Below, in pieces: positions 1 through 15,000 of a stretch of 64,000 bases of DNA. The number at the start of each line of letters is the position of its first letter. Positions within the stretch are counted from its first letter, which is position 1. The stretch lies in the NCBI GenBank assembly GCA_965202585.1, contig OZ241827.1, positions 77,810,001-77,874,000 on the forward strand, read 5' to 3'. A program made the position numbers and the translations under genes. A model generated the notes under the pieces. That model saw only the letters and a list, made by a program, of their open reading frames with translations. It did not search any database and was not told where the DNA came from. This DNA is from Thalia democratica (lineage: Eukaryota).

Positions 1-23
1 ATTAATTTTTTTTAATTTGTAAG

Positions 24-3000
24 GTAAATATGGAAGATAAAGGAGTACCAAGTTTATCATCTCAAGTTTCAGTGACTATAAACTTTAACCAGAAAAACTT
101 TAATGAAGGTGGACTTTTTATTTGGTCAGATAATAATTTATTGTCGGATATTCGGTTATGGAGAAACGAACAAGATTCACAAGAAATGTCAGTTGTTAAT
201 TTAATTTTGATTTTTTACACGTTTATTTAATTATTAAGCCAAAAAAAAGTTTCCTTTTACGTTTTTGTTTAATTTAAATAAGATGAATTACAATAAAATA
301 GTGTATAATTACAAACAATTATTTTAACCAACTAAAGTATTAGTTTTTTATCTAATTTTTTGAAACTTTACGAAAAAATTTATAGAGTTTTTATTGATCT
401 GTTTTATTAGAAGTTAAAAACCCTTCGATTTTTAAATATTAATGATGATAAATAGGTCTAATGAAACATTTAATACCATTATGTTGTATTTAAACTACAG
501 AATTCGAATAAAAGCATATGGTACTCACCAAGAAGCAGTAAATATTAAATACTCATTGATTGAAACGTATGATTACATAATAGATGAAAATACTGGAGTT
601 ATACACACAAGTAGCAGCAACTACCAACTAAACACAGTGAAAACAATTAGGGTAAATTTTTAGTTAAAAGATTTTCTACTGTAAGTGTTAAAAAAAAATT
701 TTAGCAGAGTACTTTAAATTTAAAAAAAGTTTTATACTTACTCTAAGTCCTTAATTATTACTATAGTGTTAGAAAAGAAGATTTTCTGCTTTTTAATTTC
801 TTTTTAAGTCAAAATTAAATTTAATCGTTAGAATAACTATTTACAGGTAAAAGCAACGGACAAGTATTCTAATGAAGCTTTTGTACAATTAGCCATAACC
901 TGGGTTGAACGACCAAGCTTGCAAAGAAAGTCTAAACTTGCATTTGAAGAGAAAATTCATAGGTACAAACATCAGGAACATACGAGTTTCAAACCTTACA
1001 GTGACAGATTTATAGCAAACATCAAACATGTAAAATCAATAAACAACAAAAACTTGCAGTATATGTTAATTGGTTAGTAAAAAAAAACTATTCTGTGCAA
1101 GTATAACATCAAAAAAAAAACTTCGCGATAAAAAAAAATAAGTTTTTTTTTGATAAATGTTTCAATAAAACATCTCTATTTTTTGCACAACACAACTACA
1201 TGAATAATTACAGTTGAGTTAGCTCAAATCTAAGATATTATGTTTACTAGTTATGCATAAAAATGCACTCTAATTAAACTTCGACACATTATAAGAGACA
1301 AAAATGTTGTAGTTAAGTCACATAATAAAAAAATACTTAAGGTTCTAACTCGAAAAAAGATACTTACTTTGTTTAGAAAAACTTTACTAGCTTTTTTGAT
1401 AGCCTTGAAAGAAATTTTAACATTATATAAACTAATAACATCAGACGAAAACTAACAAAAACATGTTATTATGTATCATAATAAAAGTTAATGTGTAACA
1501 GAAACTTCTAATCCGACAACACATTGACCCGATAATCAGACAAAATAAACCGATAATCCGTCTAATGCGGTTTAACACTGTTAACTAAAATATTTTGATA
1601 GTTCTTAAAGTTGTTTATCAAAAAAGTTATATTTACTAAGTCAAACATAGTTTGATAATTGTTGCTTAAATCTTTTAAGTATTTATTTTTTATTTAAAAG
1701 AAACTTAAATTTATACCTTTTAAAACTGAGCGCAGCTAAACAAATTAATTAACTTTTTATTTTATGTTTTCAAATTGAATAATTATTTTTGACTCTCACT
1801 CGTTAAAATCTTACACATAAGTAAAACAACAATAAATGTTGTAAAGTATAATTGACACAACCCTTAAAAACACATTCATTTTTGAGAAAGCAATTGATCA
1901 ACTCAATCGATTTTTTGTCACCAGAGAATATCAATTTACTGCAGCTTATATCCGCCTCAAATGTAAAATATTTACTTTATATAAAAGATTTTGATTAATT
2001 GCTTTTTTATTTTAGTTTATCTCTTAATTGTATCAGTAAAGGCAATGCATTGCTGTTTTATTGATTTTCATACACAGTTAATAGTTCAGCTTTTATAAAA
2101 ACAAGTTTGAAAAGTATTTTTCTAATTTCAGGCAGAAAAGGATTTAAAATTTAAGAATAGTAAAAATAACCTTTGTGGTTTATAACGAATTATTTTCAAA
2201 AAATTACAGGTAAAATTTTTAAAACCTAAACTTTTTAAGCTGAGAGTAACTAATGTATTTGGTGAGCTTAAACCACAAAAATAAAAATAATAACTTAAAC
2301 CAATATGAATTTAATTCAAATTATCTATTTACTCAGATGGAAATAAAGATTTAATGTTCTTTTTGCATCCAAATAGTGGAAATTTGTATGTATTTGGTGA
2401 ACCTGATGCTGAGAAACTAAATAAGTATCGATTAACCGTGCAAATCTCAAATGGACAAGCTACTAAATCAACACAAGTAATATACTTAGTTTAAATTTTA
2501 ATCAAATACTAAATGCATATTTTTTAGTGTTTAATAAATTAGAATTAAATTAATTATTCTATAAAAGGTGTAGTATTTAATTACTTTTTAATTAAACTAT
2601 ATGTTTACAAAAAAAAGTATGTGAAGAAAGAGAAATTCTAACTCTTAGGTTACAATAGAAGTTGAAGATAAAAATGATAATCAACCACAATTTGATTTTC
2701 CGATAATTCGTATGAACTTAATGGAAGACGTCCCAATAAATAGTTTAGTGACAAAATTATCAGCAAATGATGCCGATAATCAAGCTTCGAACAGAAATTT
2801 CGTTTACAAATTAGTTGGTGCTGCAGACAGAAATAGTTTGGATAAATTTACTGTCACATCAGACGGTTTGTTTTATTTTATTGCTCACATATTTCTACTC
2901 AGTAGTAGTTTTATTTGAACAATTTAAACAGGTCAAGTAAGAACATTAAGTAAATTGAATCGGGAACGTCAAACTAAACATCATTTAGTTGTTCAAGTAT

Positions 3001-6000
3001 CTGATCAAGGATCACCTGATCCATTTAAGGTTAAATATAATTTGCTAATATTCCATTATCTTTAATTATTTTTAATATTAAATAAAATTTATTATAAGTT
3101 CTAGACTGTAGACTTTATACTTTTGTACATTTATATAGTATAAAACCATGTTTATTTAAGTAGAAAGTTAAAACAAATTTGTTACAGAACAACTGTTACG
3201 TCATAATTACTTTGAATGATGTCAACGAACATACCCCTGCTTTTATCAGTCAAAATTACCGAGCCCAGTTTTTAATCGATGGTGAAAACCCTAGTTTGCC
3301 TGAAACCCAACAGGTGTATCGCATGATTGAAGGTAGCAAGTTAGGAGAAATTATTTTACTTGTAGACGCAGTAGATGACGTTTTCGTCGAAATGGTAAAA
3401 TCACTTACACTATTGTTAAAGGTAAATACTTATTACAGTAATTGTAAATATATATTTTTTAGAACATTTTTTAAATTATAAAAACAATTTTACATCAATA
3501 CTTTGCTAACAAAATAAAAACTCTTATAGTAAACTCACATTTTAAAATATCATATTTACTAAACGTTAACTAAAATATTTTAGCTAGAACAGTATATTAT
3601 TGTTTCATAATAAAAAAAAATACTATATAAACTTAAATGTATACTTTTGTTTAAAGAATATTCTTAAAGTTTTACTAATAAACATTATTATGAGCGTTTT
3701 TTCAAAGTTTTTGGTTTTAAATAACAAAAGGCAATAGCACTTTTATAATTTTGTTTTCATAGCAAATATTTCGAATAATTCGAGAAATATAATTTTATAA
3801 TAAGTCAAACCAAACAGAAGTAATAAGATTATTTTGACTTTAATAACGTTTTTTAAAGACCTCACCTCTATAAAATTTTAATTAAAAAAAAAAAAGTTGA
3901 TCTTTTTAGTAAATGAAATCTTAGGTCGCTCTGTTGTATACAATGAGAAAATCAATCTTTTCTTTACGAACTTGCGCTATGAAGTATATTTTATTATATT
4001 TTCGATTTTAAATATTTTTTTTTGCTCACTTCCAAAACACTTTCAATTTATCCTAGACCGTATTTATTTTTATAAACTATTTTTTGTGTTTTCTAAGTGT
4101 TCTAAAATATTATTTTTTTTTTTCTAATGTACTAAATAATTTATAAATTATATAAATGTAAACAATTAGTAAATTAAATTTTTTCAAATTTAAAAAGTAA
4201 ATGATATTGAAAATCTTGACAAAAAAGTTCAAAACTAAACAAATTGGTTTCCTTAGTAGCATTACGTAAAAAAAAAGAATAAATGACAATTTTTGGTTCT
4301 AAGTTTTTTGAAATAAAACTACTAATTTAAAAACAGACAATGAGTTGGAAACGCGTCAGGTTTTAGTATAACTGACAATTATATGTCACATATTACTTTG
4401 CCACTTTGTAATAACTTTAAACTATCAAAAATTTTCAAAAGTTAAATTAAAATTGAACATTTTAGCAATGCAAAATCATTATTAGTTTCAGTTTGTTTAT
4501 TAGCTTTAGTTTTAGGCAAAATTATGAAATTTTATGAAATTAGTTTTAAAATTAGGTTGACCTTAGTAAAGTTATACATTTTATCAGATAGTTTGTTGAA
4601 TTTTTAAATTTTTGCAAAAGTTTAACCTATATAAAGTACAAGATATCCGTAGTTACTATAAAATAGTGGTTTTTAGTCCTAAAACATTTGCAATAAAATA
4701 ATTATCTTACTAGAAACATTTATGATTTGCATCAAAACAATAACAGATGTTTACAAAACTTTTAAAATCTACCTGACACTGATCTTTTTAAACATTGAAA
4801 GTTCTGACACATAATTCAATAATCCAATTGATACCAGTCTGCATCAAGTAACTTATACCGGTTTCAAAATAATTAGTAATGCTAATTGTTTTTAATATTT
4901 AATTACCTGTCAGATTAATCACCAATTCGTTTCCTCTGGTTTGTTAGAGATCAATGAACAAAAATAAAATTTCGTGAGTGTCATTTAGAAAATTAAATTA
5001 GTTATTAAATTTACTTTATTGGAATTCATTATTAATGTTTATTTTAGACAGACACGTGCTATTGAAAATTGTTGCTAACTAAACAGATTGAGATTTTTTA
5101 GTTAATACTTTTATTGTATAGCAGATTTAGGTAGCTATAAATGTATTCAACAATTTAAAGCAAATTTAAAGAAATTAGTTTATGTTACTATCAAAAACAC
5201 TATTAAAATAACAGTATATTACGTTTTAACAATTTAATGAAGCAGTTTGTTAACGATTTGTGCAAATTTTCCTAGTAGACTTTAGCACAAAGTTTTGTAG
5301 AGCTTTCAAGTCCCATTATGACGTACGACTGTTGAAATTTGCTGAAAACAAACAAAAGCACAAACTTTATGTCTGGCTCAAATTTATATTATTAAACAAA
5401 TATTCTGTACTTAGGCGCGTTAAAACATTTAAGAACCTAATATTTACCGTTTAATGTAGTTTTTTGAAAACCAAAGCTTTTCAAGAAATTAGTTCTTAAA
5501 AATCAGTTACTTATAAGTTAGTACTGGTTTGTATTAACCTAAATTATTAATAATCTTTTTTTTACGACATTGATGTATTAAATAAAACATTTAGTTTTTT
5601 TTTTTTGTTCAAGATGTTTGGACGTATATGTGTTTATTGTACAACACTAAAAATTATAAACATAACCTTATTTTTTTAGGCAACAACGCTGGAGTATGGA
5701 GAATTGACGAAACCACCGGTGGTTTGAGCGCTGTCAAGTGGCCAACAATTCAAAATGAAAACAGCGACATTGTGCGGACAGAAATTTTAACAGTAGAAGC
5801 TCGCGATGGCGGTCAAAATTCTCGCGCTTTAAGAATGAACGTTTCAATTGAAATAAGAAACTTTAGAGACAGTTCTCCTCAATTTAATAATGACGTCATT
5901 CATGTTAGCATCGCTGAAAACACAACTGTTGGAAGGTAAGATATTAACATAAACACTATTTAGTTATCAAAAGCAAATTAATAATTGTCAATTTTAATTT

Positions 6001-9000
6001 CAGCTTGGTTGCCAAGGTAACAGCATCCGGTCCTGCCGGTATAATTTATGACGTCACAACAGGTGATTCTGATCACTTCCGGTTGGATTGGTTCACGGGC
6101 AGGGTGACTATTTTGTTGCCGCTCGACTACGAAACTCGTCGCGATTACGTCTTGTGCGTCGAAGCGAGGGGCGGTGACGTAATGATGAAATCATTAATGC
6201 AATTAAATATTCATGTCACTGATGTTAATGATAACAGGTTAAAACTCTAACAATATAAATAACTTAAAATTTTAACAGCGATTGTTTTACAAACAAAAGT
6301 TTTGTTGTAGTAGTATAAAACGCAAAAATACATATTTTAGGCCTGTTCTTGATCAGACAAGATATTCATCCAAAATTTACGCGAATTCATCTGATCAAAG
6401 TGTAACGTCGCAATTATTTGACGAACAAGGTAACGTCTTAAAAGTGGAAGCGCATGATATAGATACTGGATTAGGGGTATCGATTAAGTACCAAATAATT
6501 GCTCTCTCATCTGAAGATCAGGATTTCATTGACGACAGATTTTTAGTGGACGAAAGAAGCGGTGCTATTCTGAAACTTAATGGAAACCTTCTCTTTGACC
6601 ATTCTTACAATAACATCTATCAATTCATGGTAAAACTAGTTTTTTTAGTGTATACGTTAAGAAAATCAGTTAAGTTAAAGATTTACTTTGATCAGTTATA
6701 GTGTTTTTTTTTAATTAAACATTTTTATTAAGGTTCAAGTGACAGACAGAGGAAGTCCTCCTCTTGTAGCAACTGAAAGAGCTTACGTCACTGTACAATC
6801 AATTTCTCATTATTCTTTAAAATTTGCTAAAAATCGCTACACGGTAGAAGTACAGCCACCTTTTGTGCCTGGATTTTTGATTCCAGCAAATTTAGAAGTC
6901 GTTGAAAACGGCTTCAATTCAAAATCAAAGTTAGAATACTTAATAGACCCGGAAAACTCATATTTACAAATAAACAGACACAATGGCGAAATTAAAACAT
7001 TTTCAAATCTAATTCCACATCAAAAAAAACCAAAACTAAATGTAAAAGTATCAACCAAAGAAACTAGTTCTTATACTATTGTCAAAATAGTTCTTCTTGA
7101 ACCTTATAGTGGTGATCTAAAATTAAAAGAGATATATGTCGAAGAAAATTTAAAAAAAGTATGTCAGTATAGTTTCATAACATATTTATTTTTAATTCAA
7201 ATTAAACAAAGATCTAATTCTGACGAATTGTGTATAAGAACTTTACTATTTTTCAACCTTTAATAAGGATTTTAAATTTTCAGGGAAAAGCATTGTATAC
7301 ATTGGCAAGTATTCACAACACAGTAGATGTTGACTGTGTTTACACTTTATTGAATCCAAATCCACATTTCAACGTTGTTGGATCTGCTATTCTTACCACC
7401 AATGTAACACTAGATAGAGAAACAAATTCTTATCATAAAGTACGTTACAAATGAATTAAAAAACTAATGTCAACATAATTAACATAAATCAAATAAATTT
7501 AGATTTATCACTATACTTAAGTTTTATTTAAGTTGTTGTATATTTAAACTATTAACAAACAAAATTAAAACTTTCAGCTGTTAGTTGAAACAAATTATCC
7601 AGCTTCAAGTCGAAGTAGTCGAACTGAAATAAAGGTAAATGTCGTAGATGTGAATGATAATGCACCTGAAATTTTACAACAACCGATTAACATATTTATA
7701 CCTAGAAATGGTAAAATTGGAACAGCTGTCAAACAGGTTAATATTCATTTAGGTGATATAACGTATTTCAAATCAAATTTAATATTTGATTTAAGGCTAA
7801 ATATTTATTTTACTACAATTGTTTATAGAATACTTAACAAACATATCTCCAGATCGAGGCAATTGACAGAAGTTTTGGTCCAAACTCCCAAATTAAATTC
7901 AGTTTGAACGGTCCTGGTACTAAATGCCTGAGAATAAATCCTAAAAGCGGATTGGTCACCACCAGAACTTACAAGTCACGTGAAGTCAGAACGACTAATG
8001 ACGTCACGATAATCGCGGAAGATCAAGGTAAACCCCAATTGCGAAAAGAAGTGAAAGCGACTTTGCACTTCACAAACGGAAACCCGCTTTCAAAAGAGGT
8101 GAAATCCCCTGTTTTTGTAAAAGCGCGGGAAAATTTACGCATAGGAAGTTTAGTGACTGATGAAATTGGATCGCAGTTTACAGATTCTGTTGAGAAAGCA
8201 AATTTTGAAATTGTTGATGGAGATCCTGAAAGTAAATTCCAAATTGATTTTAAAACTGGTAAGTTATTATCTCAAATTTATTTTGAATACAATATAATTT
8301 CTTTAAAAAATGAAATGAACAAGCGATTGTTACTAAACTAATTATTATTTAAAGTAAGCTATAAAAGTATTATAAAAAACTAGTAGTTTTCTTGAATATA
8401 AACCACTTTTTAGGAGCTTTATATACTCGAAAAAGTTTGGATAGAGAAAAACAAGATACTTACCAGTTACAAGTGAGAATATTAGAACAAAACAGAAACT
8501 CAATCGCTTCAGTAACTGTTTTTGTTAATATTCAAGACGAAAACGATAATCCACCTATTTTTCAAAATAGCTTTTATTCAGTAAAAATTAAAGAAAACTT
8601 GCCATCTAAATCGTTTGTTATCAGAGTAAGTTGATGTTAACTAGATATTTTTTTATTAAAAATAAAGTTGTTTTAAGTTTTAATTTATTTATGTTATAAT
8701 AGTTTTTATTTACAGTATAATCTGAGCTATACTCAACAAACTTTTCTTAAAAGATTGATTGTGAATGTGATCATGAATTTTTTACAATTTATTTTATCCT
8801 TTAATTTTGCTGTAACTCAACCTTAAGCTTTACAAATGACATTGTTTTGCCTAAAGTTTGAAGCTTAATTTTTAAAAGTGCGCATGAAATATGCGATTTA
8901 AAAATAATAGTTTTATATTTATTTAGGTACAAGCTACTGATGCAGACATAGAAAGCAACGCAATGATCAAATATACAATTCTATCCGGACACGAAAGTTT

Positions 9001-12000
9001 CGAAGTTGATGAAAATAGCGGAGTCATATCAACATCTGGTAATATTGACAGAGAAGAAGTTTCTCAGTTTATATTTACAGTAAGAGCAAGTGATTGTGGA
9101 AACCCGTCAATGTTTTCAGATGCTGAAGTTGTTGTTTTTGTTGATGATGTTAATGATAATCCTCCATTTTTCTCTAATGTAAGTGTTTTTGTTAAAGTAA
9201 ACATATCAGTGGAACCTTAAAAGCTTATATTTTCGTATAAAGTAACTAAAATTCACGATTTTTTTTCAATGGTTTATTTTTAAGTTTTTATTATTATTAT
9301 TTTTACTAGAAAGTAATGTCTTAAGAAGAACTTAACCTTTAGTAAAATGTTATTAATGCAGAAAAATGAAGTGTTATCTGTAAGCACTCTAATTGAGCCT
9401 GGATCAAAAATAGGTCAAGTAAGAGCTTACGATTTAGATGTTACTGACCAAAATAGTTTGAAATACTTCATTGAAACTGATGGTCCAATAAATATAGATA
9501 AGGAGTCAGGTTTGCTAATTTTATAAAATATTATTTTTATGAGTGTTCATTAAAAAACAATAAAGTTGAAAAAAATTAGTATGCAAAGCTTATAAGTTAT
9601 ATAAAATACTCAAATTTAAAATTTACTTATAAAATTTAATTTCTACAACGTTCCTACTTACAGGTGAAGTATTTTTAAATGATCTAACTGAACCATATGA
9701 AAAACATAACAATATTTATGCAATAACAATTGTTTCTGATGGAGTATATTTCACATCTACTAATCTTCAAATTAATTTTGTTACTAAATCTACACGAGTA
9801 TTAGAGTTTCATGATTGCTCAATAAAAAGCCTAAAGTTTTCCGTATAAAAGAAGATGTCCCAATAAACACTTTTTTCGGAAAAGTAAGTATACGCTAGTT
9901 TTACAAATATAGTTTTAAGGTACTTAGTTTAGTATTCCTATATTTTAACTAATATTTTTCAGCTAAATTTATCATCTGATTCTGTTAATCCAGTAATATT
10001 CACCATTGAAACGACAACTTCTGATTCTTCTCGATTTAGGGTAATTCCCTCAACTGGAGAGTTGTTCACTTCCATCAGAAGAGAGTTTCTCACATCTACA
10101 AATGACATCATAAGATTTGTTGTTACAGCTCAGTCGAGCTCAGGTTTAATAATTGTTTAAAACTTATTATATGTATATAAAAAATTGTGCTAAATTTTGG
10201 TTTTACCTTATAGTTTTAAACAACATACCTGATTATACTAGGTTAATTTCTTTCTAAAACGTCTAATTGGTTTATATATGATACTAATTTGACATAGACT
10301 TATTCAAAGATAACAACAAATTACGCTATTAATTTAAAAAAAAATGTTTTGAACTATTTTGATATATTCTCCTAGTTTATATAACTTGTTTACATATGTT
10401 ATAGAAATTAAGATAACAAAACAATTATTTTATATGTTACAACTTATTGAAAAGTTATTCGTTTACAGATATAGCAAGGTGTGAGACTGTTATTGTTATT
10501 CAAGACGTCAACAATAATAAACCTGAATTTGATAGAAAAAATTATCAGGGAATTGTCGTAATTAATCAAACGATTGCCGGTGAACATTTACTGAAAGTTT
10601 GTATTTTGGTTGTTAATTTTGCAATTTATTATAATAATAAGAAGAATTTATACTTATTTAAAACTAAAAAAACTAATTATGCAATAATTTAAAAGATAAA
10701 AGCATCTGATAATGACATTGGAGTGAATGGAAAAGTATCTTACAACTGGTACGATAAAAATAACAATGCTTTTCAATATTTTGATACTATTACTGATAGT
10801 GGAATAATCTATTTAAAAAAGCCACTTACAGAAAAAGGTAGGAACTTTAAATTGATTTTTTTTAATTCAAGTTTTTATTATAAATATGATTGAATAGTTA
10901 TTTAGCTTATAATAGTGGAAATGAAATGATATGTGCATATTTCAGTTTATTTTATTTGTTTTTCGTAATATAAAGTCAAATATTTGTTGAATGTCTCAGT
11001 CGTGAAACGAACGGAAGTTTTAAATTGAAGCAGACATTAATAAAAAAATAAATTTAACTCCTGTAACAATAACTTTATTGTCTGAAATAGTTTTACACTT
11101 ACTACTCATAACAGCACAGTTGCAAACAATTGATTAATTTGTTGCAGATGAAGAAAGTTTTAGTTTTTTTATTCAAGCAATAGACGGAGGTGGGAAATAT
11201 TCTCTTGTTGGAGTGAATATTAATGTTATTTCAACAACAATTCATTTACCAGTTTTTGAAAAAAGCATTATACACGTTGTTGTACTTGAAGATATAGCTA
11301 TACGATATAAAGTAAGTTTCCAATTTTTTTACAAATTGTCTTTGTATAATTAATCGTTAAATAAACTATGTGTATGCATTGTGACGAAAGAAACTTTCAG
11401 AAATAAGTTGAACAGTAAGTCACAAAATATTATATTTATTTCAAGTGTTATACAAACATTTAACTTATATTTAAAAACATACAATATAAGTTGAAATAGT
11501 AGAGAATAAAAACTGATTAGATTTAATTTATATATTATTCATTATAGATTGCTCAACCACAAGCTTTAGCAAAAAACCGAGAAATTTACTACAAATTTGC
11601 AAATCATCAAAGTAATTACTTTTATATATATATCAATGCTATCATAATAAACCATGATAACTTGGCAATAATTTTTTGTCAAGTACAAAACTGTTAAGTA
11701 ATTTTTGAAGTTTTCGTTGAAAACTATTTAAACCAAGTGAAAATTTTTGCTAAACAATAAATTAGTAAAGTAAAAAGGTATTTAATGAGAAAATAATCGT
11801 CATAACTAAGTTACAAATATGTGATAATAAAACAAACAGATGGTGATGAAACACAAATGAGAAACTTCAAAATAAACAAACTGAATGGAGCAATTACCCT
11901 AACACAAGAGTTAGATTATGAAAATAAAAATTATTTTGAGCTTATTGTTGTTGCATATGTAAGAGAAGAAACTGAACTTATGGCTGAATCTAAAGTAAGA

Positions 12001-15000
12001 AAGACTTTCTTAAAATTTAAAATCTAAGTTTTAAAAAACTGTTTAATTTGAAGTAAAACGTTCAATTTTAAAGTAATTTTACTGTTAGGTTTAATAATAT
12101 ATATTTGTAAACAACACAAAATATATTGCTTATTCAGATAACAATTGAAATTGAAGACATAAACGACAATCCACCTCAGTTTGATAGTCTTTCATATAAA
12201 ACTTTTGTTGTTGAAAATAAATTGCCATATGAACCGCTTGTACAAGTCAAATGTAGTGATAAAGACTCTACAAAATATTCAAGTATCAAGTATAGGTAAC
12301 GATTTGAACTAAAATACCAAATATTTATACTGTCTTTTTTTTTAACTAAAAGAAACTAGATATTACACATAAATTAGAATTAATTTAGCTTAAAGTGTCA
12401 AGCTACTGAAGTTAACTAAAATAAATTTAATGAAATTTTAGTAAATTAGTTTAGTTTAGTTGATAGTACTGCTTAACTCGAATAATACTTGTCAAAACTT
12501 AGTTATGTAAACAGAATTTTTTTTTTTCAGGTTAAATGAAAGTCATCCATCTTTTAATATCAACCCAGTGTCTGGGATGGTTTCCCTGAAAAAATCTCTG
12601 GACAGAGAAAACTACATTGAAGCAAAAGGATCTATTATTCTCAAAGTGTCATGCACAGACGGAAAATATGTTGATAGTTCAAACATAATTGTCACAATTA
12701 AAGATGTTAATGACAAAAAAACTGTATTTAAAAGCGACTCAAACCAGTTTAATATTTCTGAAGGGTAAGTGTTGTATAAAAACTATAGAAGTTTAAATAT
12801 TTATTTGGTCAAACAAAAATTATTTTTTGTTACTTTCAGGGCTAAAGCAGGATACAAAACAGCATCAGTAATGTCAGCGGTAGATCAAGATTCTTCAACA
12901 AATGCTTCACTTGTAACAACAAGTATAATTAAAGGAGATCCTCTTCATTATTTCGATGTGTTTTTTCAATCGAAACACTCTTTAGAAGCTTCAGGAATCT
13001 ACTTAAACATTGGATTTAAAGTAAGGATTTGCTTATGTTTAAACTCAAATGCTTTGTATTACATAGTATTGTATAAATTCTTCTAAGCTTAGGTTGCTAA
13101 TGATATTGATTCAAACATTCCTGATGTAAATGAAGTTACAGTCTCAGTTTTTGACGGAATTCATCATTCTTATGCACAAGCTACTATAAACATTGTAAAC
13201 CGAAAGTACAAACTACCAATTGGAAAACCGCTTTGCAAAAAGGTTGACTTCTTTTATTCCACTTTAGTTATTGCGTTTTATACTTAGAATAGCTTCACAT
13301 TTAAAAAATACATTATTACAAGATATAACAACTATATGCTACGGTCGTTTAATACATTTTATTTTTTTACAGCTTTTTTACAACGTATCTGTCAATGAAA
13401 ACAATAAAGTAAACTCACAAATAGCTACAATCGACATTGCAGACAAATATAGTAAAGCTATTTACACTTTGATTGGAGAATTTAAAAATAGATTTTCATT
13501 CGATGAAAGTACTGGTTAGTAAAACTTTAAAAGTATACCAACAGTTCTATAACTATAATACTATCTAAATATACTTTTTTAGGAATAATTTATGCGACTG
13601 AAAGTTTAGACAGAGAAGAAAACGATAGCTACCACTTAAACCTTCAAGTTAAGTACTCGAACGATTTAAAGTGCCTGATACAGGTAAAAAAAAAAAAACA
13701 ACTCGAATAATTAGCCATTCAAAAAAAAAACGAATAATGTCTTACTCAAACTTATTTTCTAGATCTTTATAAAAGTGTTAGATGTGAATGACAACTGGCC
13801 AACATTTACAAAAAGTCAATTGAGGGTTCGAGTAAAAGAAGATTCGGTTGTGGGAAGCGTTGTTTATCAATTTGCTGCGTTTGATGCTGATATTGGTTTG
13901 TTTTTTAAAAACAGTTACAACTACCTGAATGAAAAAATGAACTTAATTTAAAACAAAATAAAACACATTTTTTTAAGATTATTTTTTGTTTCCAAACAAT
14001 AAATAAGTTTTAATACAAAAACACACATAGTATTTTATTTTAACTCGTTTAACTAACATTTTAGGTGAAAACTCTCAACTGAAATATGCTCTACAACGTC
14101 ACAGTTTAGATTCAGTTCCTTTTGAAATTGATAAAAAACATGGTTATTTGATTTTACAAAGACCCGTTGATCGTGAAATTAGAGACAAATACCTTTTCAA
14201 CATTACTGTTAGTTAAATTTTTTCTTGAACTTTATAAAACTTTAGTTACAATTTTAATAAAGTTTCTTAAGCAGTTAAAGCTACAATAGGTGAAGTTTTA
14301 TTTTGTCGACTAAGCTGAAGAAAATTGGCAAACATGCTTTGATTTTTAAACATAGAAAAATATTGTTAACTCTATACACGAGATACAACTATAGTTTTAC
14401 TATAATTCTTTTTAAAGGTAAAAGACCAAGGGATTCCAATTAAGTCAACATCAGTTCAAGTTAATTTAAGAGTAACAGACGTGAATGACAATGCTCCTGT
14501 ATTCAATCAAACAAGTGTTAGTTTTCAGTATTTAAAATGTTTTATGACTAAAAATCCGTCCACCGTTACTTATTTACCATAAATTTTACTTTACAAAGAG
14601 TGGTGTGCTTTACTCTAACAAAATACAAAATTTAATAAAGAAACCTTTTAATTGTATAATTAATATTAATCGACTCTTTTTTTTCAGTACAAAGCTGAGG
14701 TTAGGGAAAGTGCCAAAATTAGCCATCTAGTGGCAAAAGTTGAAGCATTCAGTTTAGACGATGGAGTAAATGCGGATTTGCAATACCTCATTGTTGGAGG
14801 AAACGAACTTAACAAGTTTCAAATCGACAGTAGATCAGGTATAAGAGAATGACTTAAAAAATAACTACTTAAATCATTTATATAGTGACAACATTCAAAT
14901 ACAACTTTCATTCAAATGCAGGAGAAGTTGTTCTTCTTAATGAAGTGGATTATGAGATGAACAAATATTTTGTTTTGACAGTCCGGGCGTTGGATCTTAC

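Noticed and set aside
1494-1585. MITE-like patch with ccgataatc direct repeats and TAACAG/CTGTTA ends
   Set aside because: The inverted ends are only 6 bp, the right end is not kept in copy B, and there is no clear target duplication or second family member in the window.
4330-4420. THAP-domain-like LKPDAFPT on the minus strand
   Set aside because: Lacks the upstream CxxHF motif at the right spacing and has an in-frame stop in both copies.
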